Positions 15,655 to 23,852 of a DNA stretch of 32,000 nt are shown here, in pieces (position 1 is the first letter of the stretch; every line of letters begins with the position of its first letter). The notes below the pieces were generated by a model. It saw nothing but the letters and a program-made list of their open reading frames with translations, had not been told where the DNA came from and made no database searches. The translations under genes and the position numbers were made by a program. The DNA comes from Candidatus Nanosynbacter lyticus. Its GTDB lineage: Bacteria; Patescibacteriota; Saccharimonadia; Saccharimonadales; Saccharimonadaceae. Location: the NCBI RefSeq assembly GCF_030253515.1, contig NZ_CP124549.1, positions 360,001 to 392,000 on the forward strand, given 5' to 3'.

Positions 15655-15944
15655 TAGAACGGCAAGTTGCCTAGCCCGCCCATCAGCGGTTTCATCGTCT
15701 CGGCAGCAACTTCCTGCGCTTTGGCTAGACCGTCGCGAATTGCGATTTGGATCCAGTGCTCCAGCTGCTCGATATTATCGAGGTCAACCATCTTTGGATT
15801 AATCTTGATCGACTTAATTTTCAGCTCGCCGGTGATCTGGACGATCACTGCACCGTCGCCGGCCTCTACTTCAATGATTTCTTTGCCGAGCTGTTTCTGG
15901 GCCTTGCGCAGTTGCTGCAACATCTTGACTTGGTCAAACGCCAT
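15654..15944 (-). CDS. ybaB: YbaB/EbfC nucleoid-associated protein
   Basis: It is 96 aa, with a typical N-terminus MLQQLRKAQKQLGKE and a C-terminal MGGLGNLPF tail. The SD is GGAGG. Confidence 0.9.
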   Translation of the reverse strand: MAFDQVKMLQQLRKAQKQLGKEIIEVEAGDGAVIVQITGELKIKSIKINPKMVDLDNIEQLEHWIQIAIRDGLAKAQEVAAETMKPLMGGLGNLPF

Positions 15945-15984
15945 AATTATTAATTCCTCCTTGAATTTACTTTTTCATTATACG

Positions 15985-17445
15985 CTATTTTTTCGCTGAT
16001 TTGTAGAGGTAAAAGCGGTCAGCCTGCTCGGCGTGGCTATTGGTGACGATACGCTCGAGTGTCCAGCCGTCAGTGTTGGGGTGCGCCATTTGTTCAGCGC
16101 GGGTGATGACGAGCGTAGTACCCTCCGCGGCCGGTTGATTGACGGCAAGTTTGTGCTTGCTATAGCGGGCGACGGTTTCGTAGAGTGGTGCCTCGTGCGG
16201 GTTAGCGACGAGAACGACGTTTTGCCGGCCGGCGATGGCTTTTTGGAGCAGTGGCAAGTCGGTGCTAAATTCATGTACGGCGCCCGAGAAATGGCGATAC
16301 CCATTGGTAAAGCGGTCGAGACCCGAGAGCACCATCACGCCGATGAGCGCCATCAGCATCAATAAGCCGGTGATGCGGGCATAAGGATTGCGCGGGAACA
16401 GCGAATACCATTGATTGAGCAGCGCCTCGACGCCAACCGCCAGCAGGATAAATAGTGGCAAGATAATAATGCTGGTCATTGATGGCTGCAGTACCAGCAG
16501 CGGTAAACTTAGTAGCAGCCAGACGCCGATCATGTACGAACGCGCGGTGTGGTGGTGCTGGATGGTTTTGAACAGACCAAGCATGATCAGAAACAGCGCC
16601 GAAAAGTCGAGCACTGGTGCGATCTGACCACCGATAACGGTCGGCTTAACCCAGAAATAATGATACAGCAGCAACCGCAAATTATCGACCAGCGCCCAGC
16701 TGAGGCTGTGAATACCGACCAGTGATTTGAGTAGATCATGATGCGTCGCGGCGAGGAAAATTGCCGGCGCGCTCGTGAGCGCGAGAACGATGATCGCTGG
16801 CAGCCATTTGAAGCGATTGCGTTTGGCGAGTAGTGCGTAGCGTGTATGCGGGTGGATCAGCGCTACCAGTAGCAGCGTCAGATGAATATACCAAAAATAC
16901 GGCGTAAACAGGCTCAGGCCGACCGTCGCTGCCAGTAGCAGCCGCCACAGGGATGAGCCCTTAGCGCGCTGGACGATTAGGCTGGCGAAGAGGAGGATGA
17001 GCGCGGCATAGGTGATGTAGAGGATGTGCGGCGTGAAGCTTTGAGCAAAGAAGATCAGCTGGCCGGTGACCGTCATAATGACGAGCGACAGAATGGTGAC
17101 ATTGGGCTTAAACCAGCGCCGTAGCAGGAAAAACACGGCGACAGCAGCGACGAACGACAGGATGAGCGATGGCAGCTTGATGGTATAGATGGTGACGCCA
17201 AATAAGCTGAACAGTCCACGCTGCAAGAGGTGGAATGGCAAGTTGGTTTGAGCGAGCGAGCCGAGATGGCTCGGCGAGATAGCATTCGTGGTGCCAAGCG
17301 CCTCGATCTCTGCCTCGGTCACGCCGCCCGGGGCATACAAACTAGCGGCGGTGATGGCCGCACAGAATAGCACAATCAGCGCCATGTAGCCCAGCCAATA
17401 GCGCCAGCGATAGACAGCCGAGTCGGCGAGTTTGTGCTTTTTCAT
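15985..17445 (-). CDS. Polytopic membrane protein, candidate GT-C (ArnT/PMT-like) glycosyltransferase
   Basis: It has roughly 12 predicted TM segments and a soluble C-terminal domain. The call rests on topology only. TGCTATAAT (17462-17454) lies 8 nt upstream of the ATG. Confidence 0.5.
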   Translation of the reverse strand: MKKHKLADSAVYRWRYWLGYMALIVLFCAAITAASLYAPGGVTEAEIEALGTTNAISPSHLGSLAQTNLPFHLLQRGLFSLFGVTIYTIKLPSLILSFVAAVAVFFLLRRWFKPNVTILSLVIMTVTGQLIFFAQSFTPHILYITYAALILLFASLIVQRAKGSSLWRLLLAATVGLSLFTPYFWYIHLTLLLVALIHPHTRYALLAKRNRFKWLPAIIVLALTSAPAIFLAATHHDLLKSLVGIHSLSWALVDNLRLLLYHYFWVKPTVIGGQIAPVLDFSALFLIMLGLFKTIQHHHTARSYMIGVWLLLSLPLLVLQPSMTSIIILPLFILLAVGVEALLNQWYSLFPRNPYARITGLLMLMALIGVMVLSGLDRFTNGYRHFSGAVHEFSTDLPLLQKAIAGRQNVVLVANPHEAPLYETVARYSKHKLAVNQPAAEGTTLVITRAEQMAHPNTDGWTLERIVTNSHAEQADRFYLYKSAKK

Positions 17446-17467
17446 TGGTATTGATTATAGCACAATT

Positions 17468-18826
17468 CTAGTCATGCTTGCGATCCAAGCTCATAAAACG
17501 CAGGCGCTCCGGATGGAAGTAGAGTTGAATCTTGCCGACTGGGCCGTTACGGTGCTTGGCGATGATCAGGTCGGTGATGTTTTGCACCTCTGGATTATCC
17601 GGTTCGTAGTAGCCTGGGCGGTAAATAAAGCTGACGATGTCGGCGTCCTGCTCGATGGAGCCGGACTCGCGCAGGTCGGCCAGCTGTGGAATTGGCGGCG
17701 TCCGCGACTCGACCGAACGGCTCAGCTGACTGAGGGCAATTAACGGCACGTTGAGTTCGCGGGCGATTAACTTCAGGCCGCGGGAGATTTCCGACACTTC
17801 CTGGACGCGGTTGCCGTTGTGATTGTTGGTGGCCTGCATCAGCTGCAGGTAGTCGACGATAATCAGGCCAATTTCGCCTTCGTGCGCCAGCCGACGAGCC
17901 TTGGTGCGCATCTCCAGAATGCTGAGGCCCGGCGTGTCGTCAATGTAAATCGGCGCCTCTGCCATCTCGCCCATGGCTTCGGATAATTTCTCAAAATCAT
18001 CGCCGCTCAAGTTACCGGTGCGAATATTCCAGCTATCAACGCCGGCCGCATCAGCCAGCATACGGTCGGTCAACTGCTCCTTACTCATCTCGAGGCTGAA
18101 AAACAGCACCGGCTTTTTCTCGATCGTCGCTACATTGTAGGCTAGGTTAGTCACCAGCGTGGTTTTACCCATGGCTGGACGGGCGGCCAGGATAATCAAA
18201 TCCGACTTTTGCAGCCCCGCCGTCATGGTGTCCAGATCGCGGTAGCCGGTCCGCATGCCGCGCAGGCTGCCCTTGTTGCGGTGAAGCTCCTCGATACGAT
18301 CAAAACTATCGGTCAAGATACTTTCCAGGCTGACCAAATCCTGTTTCAATGACTGGTCGGAGACGCTGAATAGTTCGGCCTCGGCTTTTTCTAATAATTC
18401 CTGGGTCGTCGTCGATTCATCGTAGCCAAGCTCGGTGATGCCGCTACTGGCCTTGATCAGGCGCCGCCGCACCGCTGTTTGCGCCACCATTTCGGCGTAT
18501 GCCGCCGCGTGCGCTGCTGTTGGCACGTAGTTGGTGAGCTCCGTCAAATACGCCGAGCCGCCGATGAGTTCCAACTCGTCCTTGCGCTTCAGCTCATCAG
18601 TCAAGGTCAAGAGGTCAACCGGCTTGTGCTTCTCAAACAGCCGCATCATGCCAGCGAAAATCAGCCCGTGGTTTTTATCATAAAAGTCGTTCGGTTTGAC
18701 GATTTCCGAGGCGTCGGCCAGGACTTCCTCGTCGATGAGAATTGCGCCGAGCAGGCTTTTTTCAGCGTCCAGGTTTTGCGGCGGCAGTTTGCCCGCCATA
18801 GTCTCAGTTTGGTTTTTTTCGCTCAT
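17468..18826 (-). CDS. dnaB: Replicative DNA helicase DnaB
   Basis: The N-terminal domain begins PPQNLDAEKSLLGAIL. Walker A is ARPAMGKTT, followed by IIVDYLQLM. A 4-nt ATGA overlap joins it to dnaX. Confidence 0.95.
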   Translation of the reverse strand: MSEKNQTETMAGKLPPQNLDAEKSLLGAILIDEEVLADASEIVKPNDFYDKNHGLIFAGMMRLFEKHKPVDLLTLTDELKRKDELELIGGSAYLTELTNYVPTAAHAAAYAEMVAQTAVRRRLIKASSGITELGYDESTTTQELLEKAEAELFSVSDQSLKQDLVSLESILTDSFDRIEELHRNKGSLRGMRTGYRDLDTMTAGLQKSDLIILAARPAMGKTTLVTNLAYNVATIEKKPVLFFSLEMSKEQLTDRMLADAAGVDSWNIRTGNLSGDDFEKLSEAMGEMAEAPIYIDDTPGLSILEMRTKARRLAHEGEIGLIIVDYLQLMQATNNHNGNRVQEVSEISRGLKLIARELNVPLIALSQLSRSVESRTPPIPQLADLRESGSIEQDADIVSFIYRPGYYEPDNPEVQNITDLIIAKHRNGPVGKIQLYFHPERLRFMSLDRKHD

Positions 18827-20358
18827 GATAATTCCTCCAGGTTAACTTCTTCGCCGCCGCCCATTAGCTCGGCAATTTTTGCAAGTTCGGCGTCTTTGGG
18901 CGGGGCTTTTTGTCCGATTGTCGCAATATCTAGTTCAGTGCCGGTGACTTGTTGCACAATTGTCGCAATAAGCGGACGATTTTTCGCATCATCCAACTTC
19001 TTTTTATTAAAGGCATTACCGACGTACAGGGTCAAGGTGTTGCCGTCTCGTTGCCAACTGCACTTTTGCAACAATGTTGCAATAGCAAACGACTGTTCTT
19101 TGGCCAGAGCGATAATCTTATCCCAGTCGATGTCTGTGGCGGTGGAATCTGGCGAGCTGTCTGGTGCCGGTTGACTGCCTGCCGGGGCGGCGTCTGCTGC
19201 CGTTTTATCTGCAGAGCCATTAGTTTGCTCCTGTTTCGGGATGGTTTTTGGTGAATTTTCTGCTGGCTGAGCGGCTGGGGCTGGCGCTTCTGAAGTAGCT
19301 GCCGGTGGCTCTGGCTTATCTATCGGCGATTTGGAAATGGTGACCGGCGGTTTGGCTGTAGTTTTGGGACTGGCGATCAACGGCGATGGCTCGGGCGATG
19401 TATTAGCCGGCTGTTCTCCATTGTCCATAAAGATTGTCAATAATTTCAAGTCCGGATGTGGATGGCGGTCGACCTCGATTAGCTGCTTGACTAATGTAAT
19501 TAACTCCGGCCGCTGATGCAATCGCGCGCGCAGCAATGATAGTAATTGACGGGACAGGACGACCGGATCGGTGCCGGCTTTCTCCAGCTCACCAAGCACA
19601 TTCAACGCCCCAGAAGCATCGCGCTGTTGATACAGCTCCAGTAAATTTTCCAGTGTCTCCGTGGCGCTCAGCCCCAGGTGCTGAGCAACGTCCGACGCAC
19701 TCAGCGGCTTATTAGCGTCCGCTAATGCTGACAATTGATCAAGCATACTGATGCCGTCGCGAAACCCGCCGCGCGAGCGCTCAGCGATCAGCCGAGCAGC
19801 GTCTGCCTCGATGGTAAAGCCCTCTTTCTCGGCAATAGCCATCAGCTGACGCGCCATGATGTCCGCTGGAATGGGGCGAAAGAAAAATTGCTGGACGCGG
19901 CTGAGAATGGTGGCGGGCAGCTTGTCGGCGTCGGTGGTGGCGAGGATGAAGACTACGTGTGCTGGTGGCTCCTCCAGCGTTTTTAGCAGTGCGTTGAACG
20001 CAGGTTTGGACAGCATGTGGACTTCGTCGATGATGTAAATTTTTTTCGGTGCAGAAACCGGTGCGACCTGGGCTTTTTCGCGCAGGGCGCGGATGTCGTC
20101 GACGCCGTTGTTGCTGGCGGCATCAATCTCAATGATATCCAGGTGCGAGGCTTCCTCGTCGTACGGTAACTGATTGATCTCATGCGCCAAAATGCGTGCT
20201 ACGCTGGTTTTTCCCACGCCGCGCGGACCCGTCAGCAAATACGCATGGGCGATTTTCCCCTGCTCCAGCGCTCGGCGCAAAATGTTGGTCACGTGATCTT
20301 GCCCCAACACCTCGTCCAAGCTGCGACTGCGATATTTGCGGTACAGTGCCTGACTCAT
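18823..20358 (-). CDS. dnaX: DNA polymerase III subunit gamma/tau
   Basis: GPRGVGKTS, the DEVHML box, SRVQ, and a P/A/S-rich linker. Confidence 0.93.
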   Translation of the reverse strand: MSQALYRKYRSRSLDEVLGQDHVTNILRRALEQGKIAHAYLLTGPRGVGKTSVARILAHEINQLPYDEEASHLDIIEIDAASNNGVDDIRALREKAQVAPVSAPKKIYIIDEVHMLSKPAFNALLKTLEEPPAHVVFILATTDADKLPATILSRVQQFFFRPIPADIMARQLMAIAEKEGFTIEADAARLIAERSRGGFRDGISMLDQLSALADANKPLSASDVAQHLGLSATETLENLLELYQQRDASGALNVLGELEKAGTDPVVLSRQLLSLLRARLHQRPELITLVKQLIEVDRHPHPDLKLLTIFMDNGEQPANTSPEPSPLIASPKTTAKPPVTISKSPIDKPEPPAATSEAPAPAAQPAENSPKTIPKQEQTNGSADKTAADAAPAGSQPAPDSSPDSTATDIDWDKIIALAKEQSFAIATLLQKCSWQRDGNTLTLYVGNAFNKKKLDDAKNRPLIATIVQQVTGTELDIATIGQKAPPKDAELAKIAELMGGGEEVNLEELS

Positions 20359-20440
20359 ACTTATGTATTATAGCGCAAAGTGCGGGATTAGTAAGCCGTT
20401 TGGCGGTTGATCTAAAGACGACTCGCCTCGCGAACACGCA

Positions 20441-21313
20441 TTAAAACAGCGCCAGCTGTGTGCTGGGTAGTTCGATGTCAATGGCGCCGTCAACTACCTG
20501 CGCCTGGTAGCCGATGAATTTTTTCACGTTGTATGCCAGTAGCTGCCCGTCGTAGTCGGTGATGAGGATCGGGCCGATGATACTGACGACCGTGCCGGCC
20601 ATGGTATTGTTCCCTGTCATGTCAATCACACTACTAAGATCGCGGCCATCCGTGTGAAAATAATCTTCACATGTGATGAATTCTCGGTTTGGGAAATCCA
20701 GCCCCAACTGGTGGTGAATGCGCATCAGTGTGTCAGTCAAGGCCTGCTCCGCCGCCACAGCATCAAGCGTCCGCCTGATCAGCCCCGGCTTTTTGCTGGC
20801 GGCTACTGTTTCCATGATGCCACTTAGACTGGCAACTTTTGCCTCATACTGCCGAGCAATCAAGGCCGAAGAAAACGTCTCTAGTTTCAACCCCAGCCGC
20901 GCTCCCTGTTCCAACAGTCGTCGGATACCGCGCTTTTCCTGCGAGATACCAACTTTAATAACTCCCGGCGCGAAATATGCCAGATAGACGAAGTGCGGCT
21001 GCTGATTGATTTTTTCTTGTTGTGCCGACACCGAATCGGTGTGATAAAACGCAGGATTAAAGCCAGTTCTGTTACGACATTTCAAGCAATTTTCATATTT
21101 CTCATCAACCGTGGCACCGTCAGGACAAACCTGGTTGCAATGATTTTCAAAATCCACCCAGCCGGTACAATATTTGGTCGAAAAATCAAACGCCAGTGAC
21201 AGCTCCTGTCCCAAAACATCACCACGCTCAGTCTTGCCGTCAATCTGCCATTCCAGAAATGGCCGGTTTTCGGTATCAAAGCTGGCGTAGCTTAGCAAAA
21301 ACTCCCCAGACAT
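20441..21313 (-). CDS. Conserved-looking hypothetical protein with an N-terminal Cys cluster
   Basis: The Cys pattern is C-x10-C-x3-C-x12-C-x2-C (YCTGW..HCNQVC..NCLKC). TGATATAAT (21328-21320) lies 6 nt upstream of the ATG. No function was recognised. Confidence 0.6.
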   Translation of the reverse strand: MSGEFLLSYASFDTENRPFLEWQIDGKTERGDVLGQELSLAFDFSTKYCTGWVDFENHCNQVCPDGATVDEKYENCLKCRNRTGFNPAFYHTDSVSAQQEKINQQPHFVYLAYFAPGVIKVGISQEKRGIRRLLEQGARLGLKLETFSSALIARQYEAKVASLSGIMETVAASKKPGLIRRTLDAVAAEQALTDTLMRIHHQLGLDFPNREFITCEDYFHTDGRDLSSVIDMTGNNTMAGTVVSIIGPILITDYDGQLLAYNVKKFIGYQAQVVDGAIDIELPSTQLALF

Positions 21314-21326
21314 AGCACCATTATAT

Positions 21327-21358
21327 CAAAAGCCGCCCGGTAACCGCCCGGGACGGCT
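21327..21358 (-). terminator. Terminator of the 171-aa gene, fused to the next gene's -10 box
   Basis: The minus strand reads AGCCGTCCCGGgcggttaCCGGGCGGCT, followed by TTTTGATATAAT. Confidence 0.45.
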
Positions 21359-21376
21359 TCAAATGTCAAAAACGGT

Positions 21377-21892
21377 CTATAGTGGCGCTTCGACAGCTGC
21401 CCAGGTGGCGTCCGGATTGTCATCAGGGATGATGATGGTGACTTGGTCGCCGACTTCGATGCGGAAGAAGGTGACGCTGGCGAGCAGGATGCGATATTCA
21501 CGGCCATTGGCTTCGACGTAGTAAACGCCGTCGTGTTGGACGAGCGTACCGATGACTTGTTTGCGCGAGACCGGGCCGATTTGTTTGTAGATAAAGCTGC
21601 CGTCTTCGGTGATGGTTAATTTCAAGATGTCGCCCTCGACGAGCTTGGACTTTGAGGCGTAGTTCGCCGGGATTGGATAATTCTTGCCATCAGGCCCCAT
21701 CATCATTTGACCATCAAACACACCCTCGATTATCTTGCCGGCAACATCGTCCGACGAGGTTTTCGGCGTGACGACTTGTCCATCGTCACCAACGATGCTG
21801 ATCAGCAGCTCCTTGGCTGCTGCTAAGTTAGTTTCTGCTTCTTGGATGAGCGTCCTGAGGCGCTTCACTTGCTTTTCCGGTAAATCAGACAT
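21377..21892 (-). CDS. Hypothetical protein (171 aa)
   Basis: The ORF has an SD (AAGGAA) and its own promoter: TTGCAC, 17 nt, TGCTATATT. The N-terminus is a coiled helix. No motif was recognised. Confidence 0.6.
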   Translation of the reverse strand: MSDLPEKQVKRLRTLIQEAETNLAAAKELLISIVGDDGQVVTPKTSSDDVAGKIIEGVFDGQMMMGPDGKNYPIPANYASKSKLVEGDILKLTITEDGSFIYKQIGPVSRKQVIGTLVQHDGVYYVEANGREYRILLASVTFFRIEVGDQVTIIIPDDNPDATWAAVEAPL

Positions 21893-22061
21893 ATGGCTCG
21901 CATTCCTTGTCTATTTTGATAGTACGTGAGTGTAATATAGCACTAATTATGTGAGTGTGCAAGCCCCGTCAGTCGATTCGCATCGGCCAACGGCTCGTCT
22001 TTCCACAAGGACAACAGATAGTCAGGCAAAACTGTGGTAATTTTTACCCTTGCCAATAAAA

Positions 22062-22100
22062 CACCGCCCGTGGTATAAACTCCGGGCGGCATTTCTCTAC
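22062..22100 (-). terminator. Rho-independent terminator after rplL
   Basis: The minus strand reads GCCGCCCGgagtttataccaCGGGCGGT, followed by GTTTTATTGG. Confidence 0.55.
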
Positions 22101-22128
22101 GAAAACAATCGGTCGTTTCACGCAAAAA

Positions 22129-22506
22129 TTAGCTTAACTCAACGCTAGCGCCGGCGTCCTCGAGCGTCTTCTTGGCAGCTTCGGCTTCGTCCTTTGACAC
22201 CTTTTCCTTGACTGGTGCTGGAGCGCCGTCGACGATGGCCTTTGACTCACCGAGGCCCAAGCCGGTGATTTCCTTGACTGCCTTGATAACAGCAACTTTT
22301 TGAGCACCTGCGTCCTTTAGGGTGACGGTGAACTCAGTTTTCTCATCTTCTGCGGCAGCCTCGCCACCAGCAGCTGGACCAGCAACAGCCACTGCTGCAG
22401 CAGCTGGCTCGATGCCGTATTCTTCTTTCAAGTGATTTTTCAATTCGTTAACTTCTAGAACTGTCAACTTGGTCAGTTCTTCAGCCAATTTTTTAATATC
22501 AGCCAT
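22129..22506 (-). CDS. rplL: 50S ribosomal protein L7/L12
   Basis: The N-terminus [23 protein letters not shown], an Ala/Gly hinge, and the C-terminal domain ...[22 protein letters not shown]. The SD is AAGGAGA. Confidence 0.95.
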   Translation of the reverse strand: MADIKKLAEELTKLTVLEVNELKNHLKEEYGIEPAAAAVAVAGPAAGGEAAAEDEKTEFTVTLKDAGAQKVAVIKAVKEITGLGLGESKAIVDGAPAPVKEKVSKDEAEAAKKTLEDAGASVELS

Positions 22507-22534
22507 GGTATTCTCCTTAGATTATTAATTAATT

Positions 22535-22639
22535 TCTGAGTTTGTAAAATCTTCATAAGTCTCCGTGCAGCGATTGCAGCCCGAGCGCGTGAGCGCCCGG
22601 CGCGAAAAGAGGAGGCGTTGAAGATTTTATGAACTCAGA
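22535..22639 (-). repeat. Copy R1 of the palindromic structured repeat, in the rplJ-rplL spacer, extended by 21-nt outer arms
   Basis: The outer arms are 22535-22555 and 22619-22639 (19 of 21 nt complementary). The core 22561-22615 is homologous to 4137-4193. The inner hairpin on the minus strand is GGGCGC-UCAC-GCGCUC. Confidence 0.75.
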
Positions 22640-22659
22640 TAAATAATTGATTGCTAAAC

Positions 22660-23184
22660 TTAAGCCGCAGCTTTGGCTTCGATGCCGTCTAGTAAGCCGT
22701 GCAAATTGCCGCCCAGCGCGCCCACGGTGTCGTGGACTGGTGAGAACAGTTGCGCCACCACTTCGGCGATGAGCTGGTCTTTGCTTGGCAGGCTCGCCAG
22801 CGCCTTGATGTCAGCTTCGTTGATGCTCAAGCCTTCGCCTGAGAAGCCACCGGCCAACTGCAGTGCTGGATGCGTCTTTGCAAACGTGTCCAAAACTTTT
22901 GCCGGCATGACCTCGTCGTCGGCGCTCATGGCGTAAACCAGCTGGCCAACCAGTAGGTCAGTGTCAGCTTCTTTGTAGGTGTCAACGCCCTGCAGCGCTA
23001 CGCGTACCAAACGGTTTTTGACCACCTTGATGACCACGTTTGCCTCGCGGGCAGCCTTGCGCAACTCTTGTAGTTCAGCCACGCTCATCCCCTGGTACCG
23101 CGCAAATGCCGTACCTTTGGCGTCTTTCAGAAGCTCGGTTAGTTCAGCAACCAAAGTTTGTTTTTTATCGCGTGAAATTGCCAT
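22660..23184 (-). CDS. rplJ: 50S ribosomal protein L10
   Basis: It is 174 aa, beginning MAISRDKKQTLVAELTELLKDAKG...VKNRLVRVAL. It sits directly upstream of rplL. Confidence 0.95.
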   Translation of the reverse strand: MAISRDKKQTLVAELTELLKDAKGTAFARYQGMSVAELQELRKAAREANVVIKVVKNRLVRVALQGVDTYKEADTDLLVGQLVYAMSADDEVMPAKVLDTFAKTHPALQLAGGFSGEGLSINEADIKALASLPSKDQLIAEVVAQLFSPVHDTVGALGGNLHGLLDGIEAKAAA

Positions 23185-23440
23185 AAAAATCCTTTCTTTG
23201 ATTGGTTCTTGTATGATTCGACCGATTTGTTAACGTGCGGTAATGGAGAATCTGGTTCTCGTTTATCTGGGCATTAGCCGAGCAAACAAAAACGTCTTTG
23301 ATTCTCGCACTACCAAAGACGTCAAATAAAACTGTTCGTTTCATCCCTCGGCGGCATTTTTATACCTCAGTTCCCTTCGGTCGCGCGCTGTCTTTGGTAA
23401 TGTTCATTAGAATTGTAGCAGAAATGACAACGGGATGCAA
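23185..23440 (-). promoter_or_regulatory. rplJ promoter plus a roughly 220-nt leader with terminator/antiterminator alternatives (L10-leader-like attenuator)
   Basis: The promoter is TTGCAT (23440-23435), 17 nt, TGCTACAAT (23420-23412). The leader segment ATTACCAAAGA (23401-23391) is complementary to the 5' half of the downstream terminator stem (23320-23310). Confidence 0.5.
23281..23322 (-). terminator. Intrinsic terminator (attenuator) inside the rplJ leader
   Basis: The minus strand reads ACGTCTTTG-13 nt-CAAAGACGT (9 bp), followed by TTTTGTTTGCT. Confidence 0.5.
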
Positions 23441-23457
23441 GATGATTATGGGTTAAT

Positions 23458-23769
23458 TTATGAACTTTTATGTATACGATGGCGAGTTTGTGTATTTGTG
23501 CTGCGTCGAGATAGTTTCTTCCTTGCTTCCGGTGTCATGCCGCCCCAGATACCATACTTTTCATCGTTCTCAATCGCGTGATCAAGACAGTCCTCCTTAA
23601 CCTTGCAGCCACGGCAAACTTTGAGAGCTTCTTCAGCATATCGCCTGTCTTTAGATTCTGGAAAAAACATGTCTGGGTCACTATCGCGACAGTTCGCCTT
23701 ATTACGCCAGTTAGCGATGGCAGCTTCAGGCTGAGTCTCAGTCTCAGTATTTGGTAATAATTCACGCAT
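23458..23769 (-). CDS. WhiB-like (Wbl) Fe-S transcription factor
   Basis: Four Cys arranged C-x24-C-x2-C-x5-C (NCRDSD...VCRGCKVKEDC), the GIWGG turn and a basic C-terminal tail. TGATATAAT (23784-23776) lies 6 nt upstream of the ATG. Confidence 0.85.
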   Translation of the reverse strand: MRELLPNTETETQPEAAIANWRNKANCRDSDPDMFFPESKDRRYAEEALKVCRGCKVKEDCLDHAIENDEKYGIWGGMTPEARKKLSRRSTNTQTRHRIHKSS

Positions 23770-23852
23770 TGAATTATTATATCATACTACACGGTTATTG
23801 CAATATAAAACGCGCCTCGGGCATGAAGCGCGTTTATATTAATAGGCCAACC

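Noticed and set aside
20040-20046. A7 run in dnaX as a programmed frameshift site for the gamma subunit
   Set aside because: It lies in the N-terminal ATPase domain (PKKIYIIDE, about residue 105), far upstream of where the gamma/tau frameshift occurs. No downstream stimulatory hairpin is evident.
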